Shown: positions 46,363-61,994 of the stretch, piece after piece
How the letters are laid out: each line of letters starts with the position of its first letter
Numbering within the stretch: position 1 is the stretch's first letter
NCBI RefSeq assembly: GCF_009914755.1
Contig: NC_060942.1
DNA: 64,000 nucleotides
Reading direction: 5' to 3' (one strand)
From: the human T2T-CHM13v2.0 reference genome, Homo sapiens
Translations under genes and position numbers: made by a program
Notes under the pieces: model-generated
The model's database searches: none
Told to the model about the DNA's origin: nothing
What the model saw: only the letters and a program-made list of their open reading frames with translations

Positions 46363-46623
46363 CTTTTCTCTTTAACACACCTCCTGCTTTTCTTACTTGT
46401 TCTCTGGGGTGGCTCCTCAGTGAGTTCTGCCAGCTCAGCAGTTCAGTGAGCAATTCCATCCTGTTTAGTTTAAAATCCTTTTAACTAGGGATGTGGCCTT
46501 CAATTGCATATTGACGAGTATGCTTTTAGCCTTAATGCTATGTCAGTGATGCTCCACTGCCCACCCAGTTCCCCTTTACCAATATGATGCCTCCTTCCCT
46601 CAGCCACTGTGAATGTTGGCTCC

Positions 46624-46961
46624 TCCAATGATGTGAATGTCTGTGTCTCCCCAAAATTCATATGTTGAAGTCCTAACCCCCAAGGTGATGGTATTAGGAA
46701 GTGCGGACCTTTGGAAGGTGACTAGGTCATGAGGGCTTAGTGATCTTATAAAATAGGCCCTATGGTGCTCATTTGCCCCTTCCACCACGTGAGGACACAG
46801 TGAAAAGGTGCCATCCATGAGAAAGTGGGACCTTACCAAATACAAAATCTGCTAGCACCTTGAACTTCTCAGCCTCCAGAACTGTGAGAAGTAAATCCGT
46901 GTTGTTTACAAGCCACTCAGTTGATGGTATTTTGTTATAGCAGTCCTAACCGATTAAGACA
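46624..46961. mobile_element. MaLR LTR (MLT1A-like)
   Basis: gaatgtctgtgtctccccaaaattcatatgttgaa...attaagaca; TSD GCTCC. Confidence 0.8.
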
Positions 46962-47212
46962 GCTCCTAACTATACAGAGATGCCTCCTTCTGTGGAGAAT
47001 TACCCAGGCTGATGAGAGCCACTTGGCCCAGGAAGTAACTTCCACCTTCATTGCCCCATCTCTGCGTCAAGAAGAGACAACTCTGCAGTGCAATTATGCT
47101 TCAGCGGCCCATGAAATGCTCCAAGGATTAGACCAAGCCTAGACTGTAACTGAGACCACATCATTGCTTGCTCTTTTCCCTTCCTAATCCTGCTTCTCTC
47201 TCTCCATTACAG

Positions 47213-47223
47213 ATTTTTCCTGA
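47213..47223 (+). CDS. ZNF397: Terminal coding bases (YFS*) of short ZNF397 isoform
   Basis: Long pyrimidine tract + ttacag|ATTTTTCCTGA; AATAAA at 47237. Confidence 0.65.
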
Positions 47224-47871
47224 AGAACACATCGTCAATAAATCACCTGCACCCAAATCTCCATCTCAGGCGCTACTTCTGGCAAGGCATATCATGAGGC
47301 TAGTGAAGCACCTACAAGAAACTTATAACTCAAGGTTGTAAAAATGGCATGGTGACTCTTACAATCATATCACAGTGGGCCTCTCCAACAATTTAAACCT
47401 CATGACCTAGGTGAAAGCTGTGAAAGGATCCACATTAATTCTTCAGAGGCAGGGCTAAGACTTTCAAGACTGAAAAGAGACTAGCATAAGGAGACTTAAC
47501 AGGAACCCAGTCAAGGCCATTCATGGCCATGGGACCACGCATAAATGGAGAACGAGTAAATTTTGCTAAGTCCAAGGACATTGGAGAGATAGAGTCACTA
47601 TTACTGATATGGTGACTGAGTCAACAACATACTGCCACTATGAAGTAATAAGAAAATAAAAAGTTAAAAAATGTAACAGATAACAGTTGGAGGGTGAATA
47701 TATTTTAAATCAATCAGATTCTCATTAGAGTATTTTATTTTGTCTTGATCCCCAAACTTCAGATGAATGTGGAGAAACTGAAGCATGTCCAGAGAAAAGT
47801 GGCAAGATATCCAAACAGACAGAACACAGATGGGATCAGAGGGAGTGAGAGGCTTAGTTAAAACAAGGTCA

Positions 47872-48273
<402 letters not shown>

Positions 48274-48319
48274 TTAAAGTTGGGAGTATTTCATATGGAC
48301 ATAAGGAAGAATTTTAATA

Positions 48320-49001
<682 letters not shown>

Positions 49002-49143
49002 AATAACAATATGAAAAGCCCAAGAAACACTTACCACAGTCTCTGTTCCTTAAGATTTTAAAAAAAGAAAGTAAAAATAGTCTACCTAAATGATTTCGTC
49101 ATTTACCTGATTTAAGGCAGGGGACCTGATGAGATGAATTTTC

Positions 49144-51141
49144 TTTTTTAAAAGTTTAATTTAAGTTCCAGGATGCATGTGCAGGACATGCAGGTTTGTT
49201 ACGTAGGTAAATGTGTGCCATGGTGGTTTGCTGCACCTATCAACCCATCACCTAGGTATTAAGCCCCACATGCATTAGCTATTTATCCTGATGCTTTCTC
49301 TCCCACCCCCACAGGCCCCAGTGTGTGTTGTTCCTCTCTCTGTTTCTATGTGTTCTCATTGTTCAGCTCCCACTTATAAGTGAGAACACGTGGTGTTTGG
49401 TTTTCTGTTCCTGTGTTAGTTTGCTGAGGATAATGGCTTCAGGCTCCATCTATGTCCCTGCAAAGGACATGAACTCATTCCTGCTTATGGCTGTATAGTA
49501 TTCGATGGTGTATACATACCACATTTTCTTTATCCACTCTATCACTGGTAGGCATTTGAGTTGAATCCATGTCTTTGCTATTGTGAGTAGTACTGCAATG
49601 AACATATGCATGCATATATCTTTATAATAGGATAATTTATATTCCTTTCAGTATATACCCAGTAATGGGATTGCTGGGTCAAGTGGTATTTCTGGTTCTA
49701 GGTCTTTGAGGAATCACCACACTGTCTTCCACAATGGTTGAACTAATTTACATTCCCACCAACACTGTAAAAGTGTTCCTACTCCTCCACAGCATTGCCA
49801 GCATCTGTTGTTTCTCGACTTTTTAATAATCGCCATTCTGACTGCCATGAGATTGTTTCTCATTGTGGTCTTGATTTGCATTTCTCTAATGATCAGTGAT
49901 GTTGAGCTATTTTTTATATATTTTTTGGTGCATAAATGTCTTCTTTTGAGGTCTCTGTTCATGTCCTTTGCCCACTTTTTAATGGGGTTGTTTTTTTCTT
50001 GTAAATTTGTTTAAGTTTCTTGTAGATCCTGGATATTAGACCTTTGTCAGATGGATAGATTGCAAAAATTTTCTCCCATTCTGTACGTTGTCTGTTCACT
50101 CTTATAATAGGTTCTTTTGCTGTGCAAAAGCTCTTTAATTACGTCCCATTTGTCAATTTTTGCTTCTATTGCAATTGCTTTTGACATTTTCATCATGAAA
50201 TCTTTGCCCATGCCTATGTCCTGAATGGTATTACCTAGATTTTTTTACTAGGGATTTTATAGTTTTGGGTTTTACATTTAAGTCTTTAGTCCATGTTGAG
50301 TTTATTTTTGTACAAGGTGTAAAGGAGGGATCCAGTTTCAGTTTTCTGCATATGGCTAGCCAGTTTTCCCAGCACCATTTATCAAATAGGTAATCCTTTC
50401 CCCATTGCTTGTTTGTGTCAGGTTTGTCAAATATCAAGTGGTTGTAGATGTGCAGTCTTATTTCTCAGATCTCTATTCTGTTCCATTGGTCTATGTGTCT
50501 GTTTTTGTACCAGTACCATGCTGTTTGGGTTATAGTAGCCTTGTAGTACAGATTGAAGGCAGGTGGCATGATGCCTCCAGCTTTGTTCTTTTTGCTTAGG
50601 ATTGTCTTGGCTATAAGGGCTCTTTTTTTTGTACCATATGAATTTTAAAGTATTTTTTTCTAATTCTGTGAAGAATGTCAATGGTAGTTTAATGGGAATA
50701 ACACTGAATCTATAAATTACTTTGGGCAGTATGGCCATTTTCATGATATTAATTCTTCCTATCCATAAGCATGGAATGTTTCTCCATTTGTTTGTGTCCT
50801 CTCTGATTTCCTTGAGCAGTGGTTTGTAGTTCTCCTTGAAGAGGCCCTTCACCTCCCTTGTTAGCTGTATTCCTAGGTATTTTATTCTCTTTGTAGCAAT
50901 TGTGAATGGGAGTTAATCATGTTTGGCTCTCTGGTTGTCTATTGTTGTTCAGGTGTGCAGTACAGACACAGAGATATAGGAATCTCTGTATATAGGAATG
51001 CTTATGATTTTTGCACATTAATTTTGTATCCTGAGACTTTGCTGTAGTTGCTTCTTGGCTTAAGAAGCTTTGGGGCTGAGACGATAGGGTTTTCTAGACA
51101 TGGGATCATATTATCTGCAAATAGAGACAGCTTGATTTCCT
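49144..51141 (-). mobile_element. 5'-truncated L1 (L1PA8-10-like)
   Basis: Minus-strand ORF2 fragments ([17 protein letters not shown]; [13 protein letters not shown]); 14-bp TSD tgagatgaattttc at 49130-49143 and 51142-51155. Confidence 0.92.
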
Positions 51142-51689
51142 TGAGATGAATTTTCAAAACCCGTTTTAATGTAGCACCTGCTTGGTGCAGAAGATACTTA
51201 AGAGGGCCTGCTTGGCTAATGGTAGTATCAGGGTATGATGCCTGGGGAAGGTTGGGAAGCAGTTTCCCAGAAGAATTCAGTGGATGGATGGTATGGATTC
51301 CTTTGGTGAACTGCCGAAGTCCAGGGTCTGGCCTTTGGGCTTAGGTCCTCATATACCTAATTTTATCATCATACAAAAAATAGATTTATCTCTTGGGGTA
51401 GACTCTTAATAACTAAGCCCGTGAAACTCAGTAATAAAAACAGAATGAGAATTAATGAGTAATGTAACCATCACATGGACCAGACTGAACAAATGCAATT
51501 TTCTTATTACAGCTAAGCTTCATAGGAAGTTAATAAGATTGCTTGGTGAAGACAAAATCAGAAGGGTAGTCAGATTTAACAAAAGATTAATGAGAACAAG
51601 CTGGTATACCTGATATATCTGCTGCCCATAAGGATGATTTTGCCAATAACATAATCAAAGTCCTTTCAGTTCTAATCCCTGGCATCTGT

Positions 51690-52280
51690 GACAGCTATCA
51701 ATTTATTGCCTCAGTTTCAAATCTACGCTTCATTGCCCTGTCTGTGATACTGGACTATTTGCCAGCTGGCATGCTGTGAGCTTTATCAATAGAGGGGGTT
51801 GCAGAGGAACTGGAAGAAAGGGCTTTTCTTCCTGGTTCTGGCATGTTCTTTGTGTTTGTTTCTGTAGCACATGGGACACCCAGCAGTGCACATCCCAATG
51901 AGTTCCAAAGGCCCCATCCCTATGGGTAGCTTCCCAGCAAGTTCTGTACCAGGTCAGCTCCCCATGGGGAGCTTCTAGCACCCCAGAGTGTGGCTCCTCA
52001 GTGAGTTCTGCCAGCTCAGCACTGCAGTGGCATCTCCATCCAGTGGGCTGTGGCTGTGCCCTCTCCAACAAGGCCTGGATCTAAGACCTGGCAGGAAAGG
52101 GGAAGTTGTGGCACCCTCCTGCAAATTTGTTCTTACCTTTGATGTTCTGCCTCAGCCCTAGAGACACTCTATATCTGTTATTGCTGTATTCTTTTGAGTT
52201 TCACTTTTTGTTATAACACTTAGTAATTAATAATTCTTAACATTAAACTTTCCCTGTTCAAATGATTATGTGGTTTCTAT
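51690..52280 (+). mobile_element. Old ERVL LTR (LTR33-like)
   Basis: tttgccagctggcatg...ccctctccaacaaggcctggatct...attaaactttccctgttcaa; boundaries approximate. Confidence 0.55.
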
Positions 52281-52377
52281 TACTGAAAATGTATTCATCT
52301 CCATCTTAGGGACTGTCTTGCCAATGAAGCCAAAATTAAATAACAGAATACTGAGCTTTGAATATTATGGATATTTA

Positions 52378-52560
52378 GCCAGGCATGGTGGTGTACAACT
52401 GTAGTCCTAGCTACTCTGGAGGCTGAGGCAGGAGGATCACTTTAACCCAGGGGTTCAAGGCTGCTGCAGTGAGCTGTGGTTGCACCACTGCACTCCAACC
52501 TGGGTGATAGAGTGAGACCCCATCTAAAAAAAAAAAAAAGAAAAAAGAAAAAGAAAAAAA
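52378..52560 (+). mobile_element. Alu right monomer
   Basis: Single right arm plus A tail. Confidence 0.8.
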
Positions 52561-52795
52561 ATAATTATGGGTATTAGAGAATTTTACTAAAGACTTTAAT
52601 TCTTAACCCAAAGTTACAAATGATACTGGAATTTCAGATTCTAGGCAGAGCCTAAGGAAGAATATTTCTAGGCAAAGAAGCCTTTCCACAATACTTAGTG
52701 ATAGCCACAAGTGGCTGTCGTTAAGAAAATGAACCGTGCCACAGTTGATAGCTCTCACCTCCATCCTCAACCCCACATGGACTGGGGCTTCTCAC

Positions 52796-52940
52796 CTCTC
52801 TCCTGGAAAGCCTGGGACTCCTGAGTCTCAGTCTTGCACTGGTTCTCTAAGGGCTGCACCGGGCTATTCAGAGACAGAGACTTCAGTGCTCCTGTGGATG
52901 TCATTTCCTGCCAGAACATTTCTTGGCCATGAGTTGTGTC
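52796..52940 (-). CDS. ZSCAN30: ZSCAN30 coding exon 2 (linker)
   Basis: cctag|GACACAACT...GAGAG|gtgag on -; 145 nt, DTTHGQEMFWQ... Confidence 0.9.
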
Positions 52941-53227
52941 CTAGGAGTAATCAAGTACCAGCACTATCATTCTGAGGATACACAAGCAGAAAACTCCTAG
53001 AGCAACAGGGCAGGAACAGAAGAATCAAAAACTCATTCAAATGATTAGAGAGAAAAAAAACAGGACCTTAAGAGCCCTAGTGACTTGAACCCAATGAGTG
53101 AATAATTAATAACCCAAAAGAAAGAAACTGTATAATTCTCTGAGAGCTGAGTCAATGCCCCAGTCATAATTATGGCTTCCCCATTAACTTACAATAGATC
53201 AAACAAACAAAAATGTTTACTTCTTAC

Positions 53228-53635
53228 CTGTTGCCTTGGCTCCTCCAGTTCTTTTTCCAGCTCCTCCAGCATAGTCACAGCTTCCTCTCCATTCTCTGGC
53301 CGATGCTCTCGCAGCCAAGCTTGCAGCTCCTCAGGAAGGATGGCCAGGAACTGCTCCAACATCAGCAGCTCCAGGATCTGCTCCTTGGAGTGCACCTCCG
53401 GCCTCAACCACTGACAGCAAAGCTCTCGCAGCCGGCTCAGAGCCTCCCGAGGGCCAGTGGAGTCAGAGTAACTAAACTGCCTGAACTTCTGCCGGAATAC
53501 CTCTTGGCTCCAGGGGTTTTCCTGAAGGCCAAAGTCCTGGTCCAAAACATAATTTTCTTCTTCAACCTTGACAACTAGAAGTCCTTCCTGTTCTTCTGGA
53601 GCATGGTAGGCCAAGACTGTGGCCTCTCCTGACAT
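53228..53635 (-). CDS. ZSCAN30: ZSCAN30 coding exon 1 (SCAN domain)
   Basis: [10 protein letters not shown]...[27 protein letters not shown]...; donor CAG|gtaaga; likely acceptor before 53738. Confidence 0.95.
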
Positions 53636-54148
53636 TCTGGGCAGAGACAGTCTGAAAAGGCTGCCCAGGTGAGGCAGGGAGGAGATGGAGATTTGCGTCT
53701 GAGAGATTCCTTCTGAATTCCAACTCCCCAGGACGCTCCTGAGGGTGGACAATGCTCATGTTACACAGGGAAAATAATGTACTTGGAATATAAATACAGG
53801 TTTTTGAAGCCCAGTTGCCAGGGAGCATAGCATTGTAAAGAAAACTGACTAACAGGGCACTTCCACATAAATGATACATTTATAGATGACTCAGGATTTT
53901 TTTAGGATGTGAAAGAAAAATGTTAGTATGGCTGAAATCAATTTGGCCTTTAGTAATACTGTTAGGAACAACATTAGGGATAATAAAATAGTGCTTGTAG
54001 ATTATAGAGAGCAAGAAAAGCACTATAGTATATGATTACATCTCAGAAATAACCACCATTTTATTGAGCACTAGCTTGATACTTAACATAAATTTTATAT
54101 GCTTTTCCTAACAACTCTATAAGGACAATCAAAATTATGCCCATTTTT

Positions 54149-54472
<324 letters not shown>

Positions 54473-55938
54473 TCATAAGTTGACCAAAGACAGCCAGGGA
54501 GCAGCAGAACTGGGCTCTGCAACCAAAGTCTTTAGCTCTTTCTATTATGCTATGGGGCATCCCAAAAGAAGGGAACTCACACTTAATAAACACCTACTAT
54601 GGGCCAAGCACTTTACAAATACTATTTTACTGGAGCTTGACAATAACACCATCAGGTATTATCATCTCAATTTTACAAATGAGGAAACTAAGGTTCTTAA
54701 AAGCCAAGTAATTTGTCCAAGGCTACAAACTGGTAAATAGCAAAGTCGAGACATGAACCCAGGCTGCAACTCTACAGTACTTGCTCTTTTTATTTCTTTT
54801 TATTACAGAATGGGTTGATGCCCAGGACAATCTTGGCTGATACTAAATCAGAAATGATGGTGAAAATGTTAGGAAGGGATCATGGAGAATGGGCAAGGTG
54901 AATGTAGAAACAAGGAAAAATTATTCTTGACTTTTAAGTCGCAAGGTTCTGAAACAGCACAAAGAAAAATGGATTCTTTCAACAAATACTTCAGCATTTA
55001 CTCTGTGCTAGATAGCGTACTAAAGAGCAGTCTCAGAATTAAAAGATGTGTACCAAAGGACTCTTAGTTTATTATGGGAAAGCAACACGTAAACACAGTG
55101 ATAAATCCAAGGACGGAGCGAAGTAGACAAGGTAGCACAAGGGAAAGATGACTGACCAAGACCAAGGAGAAAGGGATGGGAAGAGCCAGAAAGAGCTGCC
55201 TGGAGGAGACATCTCAGCAGAGTCTGATATGAGTGAGCTGAGTGAGATGGAGAGGAAGGTCACCCAGGCAAAGTGAAAATGGGTATGAGAGAATGTGGCC
55301 CACTGAGGAAACTGAAGGTAGTTTGGGGAGACCAGATTAATGGCTGTCACTTCTGACTACGGCTCAAAATCAGCCATGAAACATGAACCGCAAGGCAGAC
55401 TTCCTGAGTCAGAATCTCCATGGGACAGGGCTTTAGTAAGTGCCACAAGAGCTTCTGATGAGCAGCCAGGTTAAGAACCCGGTGCCAGACCCTGGGGCAC
55501 AGTTAATGAATGGTGAGAGAGGAGGTCTGAGAGGTTGAACTACAGAGTTTGCATTGATCCCCATGGCCACAGTGATGGCTGGAAGGTCTGTGTGCCCACC
55601 CAGAGAGTGGCGTGGAGAAGACATGGGAAGGGGTTTGTTGCAACCATTCAGAAGAGAGACTGTGAGAGACTGAGCTATGGGAGGCAAAAGACAAAAAGAC
55701 GGGAGATTTGACAGGACTTGACACACCGTATAAGGGCTTGGAAGAGAGAGGGGTCAAGGACTCAAGTTTGTGGTTGGCCCTTGTGACTAGAGGATGATGG
55801 TGCTATTTGCTGAGCTATTCATTAAGAAAGTTAGGTCTGAGATGCCTACGAAGCAGCGTCTCCTAAACCGTGCTTTGCCAGGTATTAATAGATTTTTCAT
55901 ACATATCTAAACACAAGAACCCTGGGGATATTTCTCCT

Positions 55939-55939
<1 letters not shown>

Positions 55940-55972
<33 letters not shown>

Positions 55973-56251
55973 AGACAGAGTCCACTCTTTCGCCCAGGCC
56001 AGACTGCAGTGGCGCTATCTCGGCTCACTGAAAGCTCCGCCTCCCGGGTTCACGCCATTCTCCTGCCTCAGCCTCCCGAGTAGCTGGGACTACAGGCGCC
56101 CGCCACTGCGCCTGGCTAATTTTTTGTATTTTTAGTACAGACAGGGTTTCACTGTGTTAGCCAGGATGGTCTCGATCTCCTGACCTCGTGATCCTCCCGC
56201 CTCGGCCTCCCAAAGTGCTGGGATTACAGGCATGAGCCACCGTGCAGGGCC
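55940..56251 (-). mobile_element. AluY
   Basis: Poly(T) plus reverse AluY; flanks ttctcYtaattttt. Confidence 0.9.
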
Positions 56252-56282
56252 TTCTCTTAATTTTTTAGTGTAAAATACTAGA

Positions 56283-56449
56283 GACCAAGCACAGTGGCTC
56301 ATGCCTGTAATCCCAGCATTTTGGGAGGCCAAAGGCAGGAGGATCACTTGAGTCCAGGAGTTTGAGACCAGCCTGGGCAACATAGTGAGATCCTGTCCCC
56401 TCTTGGCTTCCTCGGGGAGCCAAGAGGAAGGCTGAGACCCGTCTCAAAA
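56283..56449 (+). mobile_element. Alu left arm with rearranged 3' part
   Basis: Left arm to 56397, short hairpin, then gagacccgtctcaaaa. Confidence 0.7.
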
Positions 56450-56499
56450 CCGAGCTTTGGCCACGTGAGAAGTGGAAGGAAGGAGCCCATTGGCGAGTG

Positions 56500-57450
56500 T
56501 CAGACTCCTGAGCCTGCAGCCCGACACAAGACACGCTGGGTAAGCGCCTGAGGAGTCAGCTGACCAAAAAGGCGGGTGGCTGAGTGGGCAAGTGGAAATG
56601 GATGGCGGGACTGACCGACGGAGAGGCGGGCGGGACCCCAGATACAGTCGAGCCCCGGCCTGTGGCCGAGGGGTCGAAGAAAGGCGGCGCGGAGGCCGGA
56701 TGCGGGACAGGGGCGGTTTGGGAAGCACCCGGGACCGCCCTGCTGGACCGCCCCACTCACCCTTCGCTCTACCGGCGGCGGGAACCCACCCCCGGGAGCG
56801 AGAACAATGCCCGGCCGCACGCGCGCCGGAAGTGGGAGAGTGCCCCTCTAGGAGCCCGGAGGACCGCAGCTCTGTGGCAGGCGCGGGTCGTGTCTCGCAG
56901 GAGGGGCGCGGGTCCGGCTCAGACCTGGCGGGGGCATCGCAGAGTACAAGCGGTTGACGCGCTGCTGAAAGGGTGGGGAGCATAAGATACATATTAAATA
57001 TAATTATATATTCTATATATTTTAATACATAAAAATATACGTATATATTCAAACATATTTTTCCTCGTTATGTCGCGGGCTGGTATACCATCGAGAAAAT
57101 AAAAACCGAGAACCCATGATCTCTACATTTTGAGAGGAAGAGGAGCTGACCACGCTCACCGCGGACGTGCTGACTGCGAAGACGACAGTCCTAGGAGCTG
57201 CGGAAGGGCTGGGGCGGGGACGGGTCCTGCCCACGAATGCCGAGGACGCCAGGTGCTGCGGAGGGGTCGGGATGGGGGGCAGGGGAAGCTGTAAAGATTT
57301 CCTGGTGGACTCTGCCCTCGAGCTGCCCGTGGCCGCGTGCTGGATGCTGACACAGCAGGAGGAGGAGCGCCACGGGTTTCCCGCGTAGGAAGCGACAGGA
57401 GCCAGGGCACAGCGGGGCGGGGTTCAGGGCACGCTCGGAATTGGCCCAGC
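56500..57450 (-). promoter_or_regulatory. ZSCAN30: ZSCAN30 CpG-island promoter and non-coding first exon
   Basis: CpG-rich; CCGGAAGTG (ETS) at 56826 next to GCACGCGCGC; minus-strand donor AGG|gtgagt (exon ends 56761). Confidence 0.8.
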
Positions 57451-58494
57451 ATCTTAGCTGGCCAGAAACTAGGCCAAGGGGTTGGTTAGAGTGAGTTAGG
57501 TTGTGGAGAGTGTCAAATACCAGGCTCAGGTGTTAGAAATGCATTGAATCATCAGTGCAGGGTATTCACATATAACATGGCTGGAACAGTGTTCAGGGCG
57601 GTGTCTGTACCGTATAGAGTGGATTAAAGGACAAAAGAGATGAAAGAATACAGGTGACCCATGAATTTAGCAAAATGTAATAATCTGTGAAAGTATGATT
57701 GAAAATAGGGCAAGGGATGACATCGCCAAGGGAGGTCTTTTGGAAAATAAACGGGATTGTGAAATACCAACGTTTTGGAATGGGGAAGAAAAGGAGTTCG
57801 AGAAGAGGAGCTACTTAGGGAGCGCCCAGATGGTTCAAACATCATAAAAACAACAGTGTTTCAGGAGACGGAACACTGTTGCTTTGCTGCAGAGAGCCGA
57901 AAGAGGGTGAGAACTAAGCTGATGGTGGAATTTGGGGGAATGACAGAGGAGGGCAAGAGAGAGAGATGTTACCTGTGGACTGTCCTTTCGAGTGGTTCAG
58001 AAGAGTTGGTAAGACTAAAAATAGACAATAATCTCTTTTGAGAATTGTGATACTGCAAGAAAAGAAAAAGAATATTGGTTGAACTAAGCAACCGGATTTA
58101 AAGTATTCTTATTTTCAAGGGTAGTGGAAAGCTAATTTGTAGAAAAGAAAAGGTAAAGTTTAGTAGGCACAAGAAATTGAAGATGGAAGAAAAGAGATAC
58201 AGCTGATGGGGAGGAAATGAGACCAGATGGGCTGGTGAAGTAGTTTGTCTCAGAAAAGAAGGAAGTGATTTGTTCCTGAATAGGAGGAAAGTGGAGGGTG
58301 AGTGCAAGAGAAAAGGGAGAAGTTGAAGATGTTTATGTCAGATGACTCTGACCACAAAGGTGTTAATCAGAAGATGTTACAGTTGAGCCAGACTTTGAAG
58401 AATGTTACAACGGCCAATGACTGGAAGAGACGACTTCAAGTGATGTTCTGTATCTACTATCCAATATGGAAGCCATTAGCCATTTATGGCTATG

Positions 58495-58925
58495 TGTAGG
58501 AAAGCTGCCTGTTGCATGGCAAGAGTAATGCTATCTTGAAGTGAAACATCATAATAACCAGTGTTTGACTCTTGCATACCAAGGCATTCCCCCAGCAAGG
58601 TGAAGAAACAATGCCTATAACATAGATAACCCCTCATAAAGAAACAATACCTGTAGCATAGAAAACCCCTCATAAAGATCCTTATCTAATTTTCCCACTG
58701 GTCAGAGTTTTGCAAGAGGGTCTCAGACATGACAAGCTGCACATGTTTTACCAAAAAAAAAAAAAAAAAGCTTGCAATAGAAAGAATAATATCTGCAGGG
58801 CAGGTATGGGGATCCACCATCTTAAGTCCTTTTATCCCTACCAAATGTTTCCTTCTGAGAAACTGCATTTGTCAGCTCAGCTCTCTCAACCTCTGGGAGT
58901 AGGTTTACATATATTTGCTCACTTG
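58495..58925 (+). mobile_element. Solo LTR (LTR47-like) within a MER3-like element
   Basis: tgtaggaaagctgcctgttgcatggcaagag...; internal 36-bp duplication 58603-58674; family from recall. Confidence 0.55.
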
Positions 58926-59794
58926 ATATATGGCTGATAGGAACTGAGCAAGTAAAATTTTCATTTCATTGAATTTTAATTAATTTACATTTAAATTGCT
59001 ACATGGGATTAGTGGTTCCATACTAGACAGTGAAGCTAGCCTGTACTTGTTAAAAAGAACCCAATGTGTGAAATGAACAAAGTAAACATAGCACATTTCT
59101 AATGAAGCACATAAAATAATGAGTGGCCAAAAAAAAAAAAAAAAGACTGTAAAGTTGTCTTCTATGTAAAAAGTCCATAAGGTTTATACACAGAACATAC
59201 TCAATTTGTTCATTCCCTTAAAGGATCTAGCAACACACTTTTTAATGTAAGTACCCAATTTCCCCATTTTTAATGAACAGATGAATACCAGTATCTGCTA
59301 ACACTGTGGGGTGGGGAGGGGAGAGTGATATATACCTAAGAAAATTAGCAACTTCATCAATAATAAACACTTCTCTATCATTTATTTATTTTCTTTTAAA
59401 AAATGTATTAACACCTGAATAATGCATCGATTTTAGATAATGAAGTATCAATTTTGGTCAACTAATTTTGACAAATATGTCACATCAGTGAAAGATGTTA
59501 ATAAAAAGAAATGAATGCGAAAGTATATGGGATCTCTCTGTACTATCTATCTTTGCAATAATAGATAAATTGAATTTTAAAATATCTTAATAAAAAGAAG
59601 GCAGAAATAGGGGAACGAGGGAACAAATACCTTGTCTGCCTTTCTTTGCTGTGGGGTTTCAATAACCTGTTAGACTTACACGCCATATCCTCTGTATCTC
59701 TTATCTGCTCTTTTTAATTTTTGTTTCTCATTTGCATATTTTACCACCTATTTTCCAATCACTAATTCTTTCTTTAGTGATAATGTACTTTTAA

Positions 59795-61979
<2,185 letters not shown>

Positions 61980-61994
61980 ATTTTAGAAAGATTT

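Larger units (their letters stand above)
46570..47285 (+). mobile_element. LTR16-like ERVL LTR interrupted by MLT1A
   Basis: ccctcagccactgtgaatgttggctcc resumes as taactatacag...; 3' end aataaatcacctgcacccaaatctccatctcagg; boundaries approximate. Confidence 0.65.

Noticed and set aside
56444-57452. Long ORFs (up to 202 aa) over the ZSCAN30 CpG island
   Set aside because: GC-content artefacts with low-complexity R/P/G/A translations.
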